A stretch of DNA of 27,647 bases. Source: a virus (Duplodnaviria; Caudoviricetes). Shown here in pieces: positions 1 through 7,102 of the stretch. The notes under the pieces were generated by a model, which was not told the DNA's origin, searched no databases, and saw only the letters and a list, made by a program, of their open reading frames with translations. Position 1 is the stretch's first letter. Every line of letters starts with the position of its first letter. The stretch is from the IMG/VR virus record IMGVR_UViG_3300016464_000006, positions 1 to 27,647 of that record, one strand, 5' to 3'. Position numbers and translations under genes: made by a program.

Positions 1-1
1 C

Positions 2-511
2 TAGTGCGATGGCCTCGTCATATGGTTCGGAGTGAACAAGGATGTCTCGCTCATCTCCGTCACGAGGTATGGCTACTAGGTTGACGTTCTGGACCTTCCC
101 CAAGCCAGACTTGTCAATCAGATAACCATAGACTTGTACTTGCCAGCGTTGCTGTGCTGACGGAAAGTAAGAAAGGTTTTTTACTTTCGTAGTCTTCCAG
201 TCAACGACATCTCCTGTCCCAGGAATGAAGCAATCAACGTGTGCCTTCATACCGCCGTATTCGACAGTCTTCTCCAGAAGTACATCTTGATTGTTGGCAA
301 GCGCATTCTCTATTGCAGCGTGAATGGCAGTCCCCATAATCGCTGCGAGTTTTACCTCATTGTCATTGGTTTCAGGTTGATTATTCAACCGATACCACAC
401 CTTACGTCGACAGCCTCCAAGCTCTGATGGACCGATCTGAACCTGCGTGGACCTGCCGCGCTTGTTCTCTTTCTCGTGAAGAGCCTTTACAAGTAGTTCT
501 TTTATATCCAT
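2..511 (-). CDS. Cas4-like PD-(D/E)XK exonuclease (runs off the left edge)
   Basis: Not in the ORF track. Hand translation from ATG 511: MDIKELLVKALHEKENKRGRSTQVQIGPSELGGCRRKVWY...MGTAIHAAIE...AHVDCF...VVDWKT...QVQVYGY. Contains the PS...C, GT.IH, D...DxK and QxxxY motifs of Cas4/RecB-type nucleases. Confidence 0.85.
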   Translation of the reverse strand, partial: MDIKELLVKALHEKENKRGRSTQVQIGPSELGGCRRKVWYRLNNQPETNDNEVKLAAIMGTAIHAAIENALANNQDVLLEKTVEYGGMKAHVDCFIPGTGDVVDWKTTKVKNLSYFPSAQQRWQVQVYGYLIDKSGLGKVQNVNLVAIPRDGDERDILVHSEPYDEAIAL

Positions 512-690
512 CCGTTGCCCTGCCATCTAGTAAGAGTTATATTGAAGAATAGCAAATTGATTTGCAAAACTCTAGCCAGCATTCGTAATGGTTGGTAATC
601 ATAAATCTTGTAGTAATCAAGGCCGATGGACCAGTTATCTATATGGTGTGCGTTGATATGTAACGTCCACACTTTCCAATCTTTTCTCAC
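502..690 (-). CDS. Hypothetical protein, 62 aa
   Basis: GTGA overlap with the upstream gene; fills the gap in the operon. Confidence 0.6.
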   Translation of the reverse strand: MRKDWKVWTLHINAHHIDNWSIGLDYYKIYDYQPLRMLARVLQINLLFFNITLTRWQGNGWI

Positions 691-1253
691 GTTAGCTCCC
701 GTCTCTGAGTAACTAATTGAATCGGAGGGCAGGTATTGATGTCAAGCATTGAGGCAATCTCAACGGCACGTCGGGCGTGTTGCTCTACATTCCCCACAGT
801 GAGACGGCCCACGCGGTCATAAAGATAACCAAGAGCAAACTGCCCACCACTACCAAGTCCATAAATAGCGGAGTCCGATTGGATGAACGAGAGGTCTGTC
901 GCAATATGGAAGAGGTTGCCATCAAACGATACAAGGTAGTCGAACCCTGCATCTTTTTCTTTTGTCGCTTCGTACGGATCATATCCATTCTCCTTGAACG
1001 CCGTGAGTATAGATGGCAAGACTTTCTTACCCATCCACTGAATCGGGTTAGCACCCTTGTAGGTAGGCGGAGTCCAGTTGTAAGCAAGGATGTCACCAGG
1101 TCTGGTATCGCCTGTAATACCTAGCAGGTATTTACCAACGTGAATTATTTTCGGAGTGGCAGTACTAACAGTCCTGAGATTATCTTCAGTAATCTGACTA
1201 TCAGCAGCTAAGACAACTTGTTCATCAAGTTGGATTCCGATAAGTGTTGTCAT
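687..1253 (-). CDS. Proteasome beta-subunit/HslV-like Ntn-hydrolase
   Basis: Begins M-T-T (catalytic Thr1 after Met removal), then AADSQ, a conserved Lys (PKI), GITG and GSG followed by A-L-G. Confidence 0.85.
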   Translation of the reverse strand: MTTLIGIQLDEQVVLAADSQITEDNLRTVSTATPKIIHVGKYLLGITGDTRPGDILAYNWTPPTYKGANPIQWMGKKVLPSILTAFKENGYDPYEATKEKDAGFDYLVSFDGNLFHIATDLSFIQSDSAIYGLGSGGQFALGYLYDRVGRLTVGNVEQHARRAVEIASMLDINTCPPIQLVTQRRELT

Positions 1254-1314
1254 AGCGGAAGGTTACCTCTCATCGGCGTGTCGTCGCGGTAGCGACACAC
1301 CAGTTCATTACAAT
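1254..1314. promoter_or_regulatory. Divergent promoter region with inverted GACAC boxes; leftward promoter probably leaderless
   Basis: GGCGTGTCG (1275-1283) and CGACACACC (1293-1301). Minus-strand TAACCT at 1265-1260 lies 6 nt before ATG 1253. Plus-strand TACAAT at 1309-1314. Confidence 0.6.
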
Positions 1315-1369
1315 ATGAGCCGTCAGGCGAATTACAGTATGGCCCTCACGGGCCTGTGGAAGTGAGGCA

Positions 1370-1606
1370 ATGCTGTTCCGTCTACTTCGGCTGCTGAAAT
1401 ATAGCCAACAACTTCCTCCAATTCAAGCCTCTGATTTACGCGATGTAGGTCCAACCCACCAGTGTGTCTGCGGTTGTACAGTCTTCAACACCTATGTTCA
1501 GTTTGAGAACTACGAGATAGTTTGGTATGCTCTTGATGTCCAGTGCGCTAACTGCGGAAACCTACTCAAAGCTCCCTGTCCAATAGATAACCCAGAGATG
1601 CAATGA
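1370..1606 (+). CDS. Small zinc-ribbon protein
   Basis: CVCGC...CANCG...CP motifs; ATGA coupling to the next gene. Confidence 0.7.
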   Translation: MLFRLLRLLKYSQQLPPIQASDLRDVGPTHQCVCGCTVFNTYVQFENYEIVWYALDVQCANCGNLLKAPCPIDNPEMQ

Positions 1607-1986
1607 ACGAAAAAGAACTTTTTGATTATCTGAAAGACAGCAGATTCCCCGACCTAATCAAGAGTGAAGGAACCTTTGACTCCTTTGACTGCGTTTCTAA
1701 TGAGTTTGGTTTCTACATAGAACTCAAGTGCAGACATACCCATTACCCAGAACTACTGATAGAAAAATCTAAATACGACAGGCTCTTACTGGAGGCTAAA
1801 TACCGCAACCTTGAGCCTTGGTATATCAACTCCACTCCTGCTGGTAAATGGGCCTTTGATCTTTTCAAGGTCCCAGAACCTGCTTGGTCTGAGCGCTGGA
1901 TGCCAGCTACCACCGAGTTCAAAGATACCCGCAAGATACGCAAGGTTGTTGGGTTTATTCACACCGATTACGGAGTTTCTGTATAA
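1603..1986 (+). CDS. PD-(D/E)XK family nuclease (resolvase/restriction-endonuclease-like fold)
   Basis: N-terminal helix with E, followed by the FDC...IELKCR motif. Confidence 0.7.
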   Translation: MNEKELFDYLKDSRFPDLIKSEGTFDSFDCVSNEFGFYIELKCRHTHYPELLIEKSKYDRLLLEAKYRNLEPWYINSTPAGKWAFDLFKVPEPAWSERWMPATTEFKDTRKIRKVVGFIHTDYGVSV

Positions 1987-1990
1987 ATAC

Positions 1991-2028
1991 AAAAAGAGGC
2001 CCCATCACCTTTCGGTGACAGGGCCTTT
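1991..2028 (-). terminator. Intrinsic terminator of the late operon, possibly bidirectional
   Basis: Minus strand reads AGGCCC-tg-TCACC-GAAA-GGTGA-tg-GGGCCT-C-TTTTT, between convergent genes. Confidence 0.85.
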
Positions 2029-2050
2029 CCTCGCAGCGTTCTCTTACAAA

Positions 2051-2239
2051 CTACTTACTTCCGCGACCAAACTCTGTGGCCTTTGGATCTAGCCACTTCA
2101 ATACTGGTCCGAGGAATCCAGCTAGTGCTGCTGCTCCAAGTTTCTTTGGATCAGTCTCACCTGCTAGATACAACGCAACCGCAGCGGATGCTGCAGCGCG
2201 GAACCAGGATGCCGCCATTGCTTTGAACTTCTTGTCCAT
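2051..2239 (-). CDS. Putative holin
   Basis: 62 aa with two hydrophobic segments and a basic C-terminus; TAATG-coupled to the endolysin. Confidence 0.7.
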   Translation of the reverse strand: MDKKFKAMAASWFRAAASAAVALYLAGETDPKKLGAAALAGFLGPVLKWLDPKATEFGRGSK

Positions 2240-2721
2240 TAGTTCTCCTTTGGACTTGGTTTGTCTTTCTTCTTCGGCTTCTTCTGCATCTTGGCGTAAG
2301 CCAAGCGAGCAGCATCAACCGTATTCCATTTCGGTTTATCGAGCCAAGGAAACCAAGGGCTGGTGTCATTGGCACAATCTTCCTTGATGGAAATATGTAG
2401 ATGTTTGACGTGTTTATTTGGTCCTGTGTAATCGCGGTCACCGCGTTCTTTAGACCAGATACGTCCACTGAAAATTAGATATGAGACTCGCTTATCAGCC
2501 TTGAGTTTTTCATAGATGTCGCCACAGTCAATCCCATTATGCGGATCGTGGGTGAGGTCTACTGCCAACCCTGTGTTATGGTCAGAGTTAGGGTTTGCCT
2601 TGATGTGAGCCTTGCTTGGTAGGAGTCCATCCGATGCTTTCTTGCGTTTGGGAGCAAGCGCAGTTGCCTGCCGTAGAACGGCAATAGCAGCAGGTGTTGC
2701 ACGTTTTGCAACAGGTTTCAC
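2239..2721 (-). CDS. Putative endolysin, M15-like Zn peptidase
   Basis: SDH..G.AVD and H..H.H.S motifs; flanked by two membrane-protein genes at the end of the late operon. Confidence 0.7.
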   Translation of the reverse strand: MKPVAKRATPAAIAVLRQATALAPKRKKASDGLLPSKAHIKANPNSDHNTGLAVDLTHDPHNGIDCGDIYEKLKADKRVSYLIFSGRIWSKERGDRDYTGPNKHVKHLHISIKEDCANDTSPWFPWLDKPKWNTVDAARLAYAKMQKKPKKKDKPSPKEN

Positions 2722-2724
2722 GGG

Positions 2725-2928
2725 TCATCTCCTCAATGCTTCTTTGACTAACTCGGTGAGCAAATCTACTTTTTCTTCCAGAGCGTTTACCTTGTCCTTT
2801 AGAGAACTACCGCCATTAGGCTTGAGTTCATATAAGAATGACTTGACGAGCCAACGTAGGCCCATCACTAAGGTTGAGGCTATTCCAAGTATGGTGGCAA
2901 CAAGCATTGCCCAGTCTGCTAGTGTCAT
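2725..2928 (-). CDS. Single-TM membrane protein with coiled-coil tail (lysis accessory)
   Basis: N-terminal hydrophobic helix, then PNGGSSLKD and a heptad pattern. Confidence 0.7.
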   Translation of the reverse strand: MTLADWAMLVATILGIASTLVMGLRWLVKSFLYELKPNGGSSLKDKVNALEEKVDLLTELVKEALRR

Positions 2929-5139
2929 TTATACGCTCCGAATGGTGACGACCAAGGTTCCGCCAAAGCCTGAGAACCTCTTGTCTTGTGGTGTGCGGTT
3001 GATAAAGTCCATCTCTTCTATCAGGCCAATATAGGATTCTCCTGTTCGGAAGTCCTCTATTCGGATGGTATCGCCTGCGTTTTCTACTGCTTCAAGTTGT
3101 TGCATACGCTGCCAAGCAGAACCTTCAAACCCAACGGGTACTCCAAACTTATCTGCTTCTCTGTCATAGCAGAACAGTGGGTATTGGATAAGGCGTTGAC
3201 GTGGTACTGCTGGTAGAGACTTGAGTTGGTAACCAGTAAACAATGGACCCTTTGTATCATCAGTTGTTGATCTAGTCATTGTGAACTTGAACCCTAGATA
3301 TTCCTGTGGTCCGACTGGATATGGAATACCAATTTCAGAGATAGTTGATTGTTGCGAAAATGAACCAATCGGATACTCAGTGTAGTCGTAGGCCACAGAT
3401 GAGATGTCTAATCCACCATTAGTGGTATCAATACGTGGGGTAAGTAGTTTGAATATCTTACCTTCAAGTGTGTTGTAACGGACAAAGCCAGTTTGTAGTT
3501 CGCCCTGATATACAAGGCGACTATCTGATTCAATATAGACAGAACCATCGCTAGATGTGTAGTTGGTTGTAAAGGCGATACGTTCTGTGCCATCAATGAA
3601 AGCACAGGCAGTAGTCCTGCGACCAGTAATACGGCTGCCAGTTGACTCTGGGAAGTAGTATGTATCCCAGGCGTATGGGAAAATCAAGGTAGAAACCTGA
3701 GTTCCAAGGTCAATGCGGGTAGTTCCAGGAGCACCATCTACGTTAGTAGCACACCATACATACTTACCACGAGCAGCAAAGTCGTAGACTGGTTGCTCTG
3801 ATTCAAACAGTAGCGGTCCATAGGCTAGAGATCCATCGTCTGCCACTGCAGCGACTCGAACTCCAAGGCTGGTACCGATGAGCATATAACCAAGGTAGTA
3901 ATAGATACGGAAGATAAGTTCCCCGCTAGGCATTTCAGCAGCGGTGATAGCGCTGGTCAATGTAGGCATAGTTCCATTAGAAGCCAAGGTGAACTTCTGG
4001 ATATTGGATTGGCTACCTGAATAACCAGTCACATAGATAGCAGCGCCGCTTGATGTAATGCTGGTATAGGTAAAGTCATTGACTGGATGGGTATAGACAG
4101 CAGTAGGTAGAGCAGATGCTGTTGTTGAGATTTCATAAACTGCGTTATTGATACAGGCAACAATACGTTCCTTGGTGAACTCCATTACTGCATCTGTAAC
4201 CACAACCGATGATGTCTTCCACATCTGGGTGGCAGCATCAGCCTCAGTCTTGGTAAGTTCCTTCTTATACATCGCTGTCTTGATAACGCCAGCATCGTCA
4301 ATCTTGGTAATCCAGTAAGCGTAGACTCCATCGTCGCAATAGGCATAAACAGGGTAATCGGTCCCTGAGTTATAGTCTACGAAGTGGCATACATTGGTCG
4401 TTATCGTGCCTGTAGCAGCCGTAGAAGAGACGTTAGAAGCAGTCTTGGCATAGGACAAGGTAGTACTAGTAACAGCAGTAACGGTAAAGGTTCCATTGAA
4501 TGTGGCATCTACACCAGTAACTACAATCTCCATACCTACGGCTATACCGTGAGCAGCACTAGTTGTCAGTGTGGCTACATTGGAAGTCAGAGCCTTGTTA
4601 GTGACAGTTGCTGTAATAGTTGGATAGATTTTGTCTAGGTCATAACCATCGAGCATTAGGCAGCCGTCATAGGTGTTGCCATTCTGAGTCCACTTGATAG
4701 AACGTAGATACTGTCCTGGTCTGCCGTTGGAGCGCAGCGTTGTAGTCGTAACGTGGGTTGGGTCTACATCATAGATAAGACTGACTTGACCTTTAGTCCA
4801 AATATCACAACCTTTGGATTCGGTGTACTGAAAGCGCAGTGATTCATCCTGAGCTGGCTCAAAGTATTTGATGCCTTGGCCTAGATGGAATGATGACTGA
4901 CTACGGAACCACCAACCAGTCAGAGACTGCTCACCAGCTTCACGGGTCTGGTCATACTGTTGCTTACGGTACTGAGCCGTGACACGACGATAGGGTGAAT
5001 CATCGCTGGCTGCCAAAAAGAATGGCAAGCCGTTGATGGCTATATCGTAGGCAACACCTGTGGCTTGATAGTTAGTTGAGCCAGCAGGGTTTGAAAGGAC
5101 ATAGGGAATGCCTTCTGTAATATCGTCACCGTAGGACAA
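2929..5139 (-). CDS. Large beta-rich tail protein (nozzle/tubular protein B-like), 736 aa
   Basis: AAGGAG SD before a TTG start; beta-propeller-like composition; position just before the lysis genes. Confidence 0.6.
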   Translation of the reverse strand: MSYGDDITEGIPYVLSNPAGSTNYQATGVAYDIAINGLPFFLAASDDSPYRRVTAQYRKQQYDQTREAGEQSLTGWWFRSQSSFHLGQGIKYFEPAQDESLRFQYTESKGCDIWTKGQVSLIYDVDPTHVTTTTLRSNGRPGQYLRSIKWTQNGNTYDGCLMLDGYDLDKIYPTITATVTNKALTSNVATLTTSAAHGIAVGMEIVVTGVDATFNGTFTVTAVTSTTLSYAKTASNVSSTAATGTITTNVCHFVDYNSGTDYPVYAYCDDGVYAYWITKIDDAGVIKTAMYKKELTKTEADAATQMWKTSSVVVTDAVMEFTKERIVACINNAVYEISTTASALPTAVYTHPVNDFTYTSITSSGAAIYVTGYSGSQSNIQKFTLASNGTMPTLTSAITAAEMPSGELIFRIYYYLGYMLIGTSLGVRVAAVADDGSLAYGPLLFESEQPVYDFAARGKYVWCATNVDGAPGTTRIDLGTQVSTLIFPYAWDTYYFPESTGSRITGRRTTACAFIDGTERIAFTTNYTSSDGSVYIESDSRLVYQGELQTGFVRYNTLEGKIFKLLTPRIDTTNGGLDISSVAYDYTEYPIGSFSQQSTISEIGIPYPVGPQEYLGFKFTMTRSTTDDTKGPLFTGYQLKSLPAVPRQRLIQYPLFCYDREADKFGVPVGFEGSAWQRMQQLEAVENAGDTIRIEDFRTGESYIGLIEEMDFINRTPQDKRFSGFGGTLVVTIRSV

Positions 5140-5161
5140 CAGTCACTCCTTGCTTTTGTAT

Positions 5162-5284
5162 TTAGATTGAGGTCCAGCCTCGAATACTTCCACCCTCTAC
5201 AGGGCATTTGAAAGGCAAGTGTCTGCCTTCTGCTATCCATTGACGATGGGCTGCATTGATAGCAGCCCAATCAATGTCGTTCAT
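5162..5284 (-). CDS. Hypothetical 40-aa protein MNDIDWAAINAAHRQWIAEGRHLPFKCPVEGGSIRGWTSI
   Basis: Below the ORF-track cutoff; TAATG coupling with the upstream gene; fills the gap. Confidence 0.5.
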   Translation of the reverse strand: MNDIDWAAINAAHRQWIAEGRHLPFKCPVEGGSIRGWTSI

Positions 5285-5508
5285 TACTTACCTAGCGCTG
5301 CGATCTCTTCTGCGGTTAGACCGAGGGCAGCAAGTTTGGCTTCGGCTGCAGCCTTGGCTGCTGCCTTTGCTTCCTCTTGAGCGATGCGTTCTGCTTCTGC
5401 TACAGCAAATGCTGCTGCATCTGCTTCACGCTGGGCGATTTCTTCTGCGGTAAGTTCCACCTCTGTAGTAATCCCAGTGCTGCAATCAACGACGAGTTTG
5501 GTTGGCAT
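5284..5508 (-). CDS. Ala/Glu-rich helical protein (tail-associated hypothetical)
   Basis: GAAAGGA SD; 74 aa ORF directly after the tail-domain array. Confidence 0.75.
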   Translation of the reverse strand: MPTKLVVDCSTGITTEVELTAEEIAQREADAAAFAVAEAERIAQEEAKAAAKAAAEAKLAALGLTAEEIAALGK

Positions 5509-5520
5509 TGTTTTCCTTTC

Positions 5521-6039
5521 TTATGAGTTTTTGATTCCGTAAAGGGTTGCGGTTGAGTATTGGACGAAAGAACCTGTTGATTCGGGCAATACCAATAAAG
5601 AAGTAATTGCCGTTGAACTTGAATACAAACCAGCACTGAAAGCCAATCCTGCTTCAGTCGCATTGTTTTCACCAGCGCCATCTATGCTAATAGATTTGTT
5701 GTTTGAGCCAGCATAATTTGGTATATATACAGAAATATTACTAAACGTTGATGCAGTGGCATTTGCACCAGGAATAGTATGGTTGTTGTAAATGGCAGAG
5801 GCGTATGAGGATGAGCCAACAGATGAACCATCTGCATACAAGGTTATAGAACTTTGACTACTTGTGCCTGAGTTTATTCGCAATTCAAATGCTCTTTTTA
5901 CATTGGAAGCATTTGTCCTTACGGAAAACACTGCTAATAAATCAGTATAAGTTCCAGGAATACTTGTGAACTCTATATTTGCCGCCCCACCGCTACCCAC
6001 AGTTACAGTCGCTATTGCTACATAAGTTGGACTAGGCAT
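5521..6039 (-). CDS. Tail-associated beta-sandwich protein, paralog 3 of array
   Basis: Shares F(T/S)SIPGTYT.L and LYGI motifs with 6591-7070 and 7102-7665. Confidence 0.8.
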   Translation of the reverse strand: MPSPTYVAIATVTVGSGGAANIEFTSIPGTYTDLLAVFSVRTNASNVKRAFELRINSGTSSQSSITLYADGSSVGSSSYASAIYNNHTIPGANATASTFSNISVYIPNYAGSNNKSISIDGAGENNATEAGLAFSAGLYSSSTAITSLLVLPESTGSFVQYSTATLYGIKNS

Positions 6040-6581
6040 TACGCACCCGCTCTCTCTGCGTACTTAGCATTATTACGCTTATATGTTTCTTCATAACAAG
6101 TGGTGCAATATCTCACTGTTGTATATCCTGACTTCCGATTTTTATTTCTATATGTCCTACTTTTTATCTCAGAATTATGTCCGTTGTTACAAACAGATTT
6201 ATTATTCCAAGACCATTTAGCGCCAGCCTTGATATTATCTGACCTAGGAACTGCTCGTAGATGTTCTGGGTTTATACAGGCTCTGTGCTTGCAATCAGAA
6301 CCACCATCGCATTTGCCTTGAGATACTGCCTCATTGTGGCAGATATGGTCTATGTCGTAGCCGTATGGGATTGCTCCGTGATACCAAAGATATACAACTC
6401 TGTGACCTATTGCTGTAATTCGTTCACGTGGATTTTTGCCGCCATATGAAAACATTGCATATCCAGATGCTGTATTTCTTTTTTTGTAGATCATACAACC
6501 ATCTTCATCTTGAACCGCGTTCATAAGACCATAGGCGCAATGTTCCTGAGTGAATAACTTTTCGTTCAGGTTATTTGCCAT
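6039..6581 (-). CDS. Free-standing HNH (His-Me finger) homing endonuclease
   Basis: HRVVY...DIDHICHN...CINPEHLRAV...DN core, a C-terminal C..GH...C..C Zn-binding segment, and its own AGGAG SD. Confidence 0.9.
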   Translation of the reverse strand: MANNLNEKLFTQEHCAYGLMNAVQDEDGCMIYKKRNTASGYAMFSYGGKNPRERITAIGHRVVYLWYHGAIPYGYDIDHICHNEAVSQGKCDGGSDCKHRACINPEHLRAVPRSDNIKAGAKWSWNNKSVCNNGHNSEIKSRTYRNKNRKSGYTTVRYCTTCYEETYKRNNAKYAERAGA

Positions 6582-6590
6582 AGTATCTCC

Positions 6591-7070
6591 TTATGCCGCG
6601 GCAATGCCGTAGAGGGTGAAGGTTGAGCCTGAAACATAATTACCAGCGCCAGTATCTACTTTGATGGTAGTAATTGCAGCAGTTGAGCGCCACATATTTA
6701 TCCACGCCTCTGCGCTAGTTCCACTTTGTCTTGATAAAACTGTTTTGAATGTTGTGGTGTTTGCGTAATTCATTATGTGGGCAATGTTTGTCGCCCATTG
6801 AGACGAAGGTAAATTTCCAATATACATCGGTGTGGCATTAGAACCCCTACCTGATGAAGCAGATGTTCCATTACCTGATAAGTAAGTGTAAGAATAATTA
6901 GAACCAGTATCGTTATTCATTGTTAGACGGAAGTTATCTTGTGATGGCGTATTTTGTCCAACCAAAATGAGAACCAAATCTGTATAAGTTCCAGGAATGC
7001 TAGAAAATGTGACACTGGATTGATTACTACTTAGCGTTGTTGTTGCAATCGGTTCGTATGTGGCTGCCAT
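6591..7070 (-). CDS. Tail-associated beta-sandwich protein, paralog 2 of array
   Basis: TYEPIAT...FSSIPGTYTDL...YANTTTFKT...TLYGI. Confidence 0.8.
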   Translation of the reverse strand: MAATYEPIATTTLSSNQSSVTFSSIPGTYTDLVLILVGQNTPSQDNFRLTMNNDTGSNYSYTYLSGNGTSASSGRGSNATPMYIGNLPSSQWATNIAHIMNYANTTTFKTVLSRQSGTSAEAWINMWRSTAAITTIKVDTGAGNYVSGSTFTLYGIAAA

Positions 7071-7102
7071 TACGCACCTGCCTTTGTAAAGTTAGTTGTC
7101 AT
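7070..7102 (-). CDS. 10-aa mini-ORF MTTNFTKAGA, translationally coupled at both ends
   Basis: TA-ATG ACA ACT AAC TTT ACA AAG GCA GGT GCG TAA-TG exactly fills the gap with TAATG overlaps on both sides. Confidence 0.55.
   Translation of the reverse strand: MTTNFTKAGA

Noticed and set aside
2-511. Cas4-like gene as evidence of a CRISPR-Cas system
   Set aside because: No repeat-spacer array or other cas genes in the window; solo Cas4-like nucleases are common in phages.
5248-5268. Hairpin GGGCTGC-7nt-GCAGCCC as a terminator
   Set aside because: It lies inside a coupled 40-aa ORF, has no U-tract, and is short enough to arise from Ala-codon symmetry.
6039-6590. Group I intron or intein carrying the HNH
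   Set aside because: Both flanking genes are complete paralogs with their own starts and stops, and only 9 nt of non-coding sequence is available, leaving no room for a ribozyme core.
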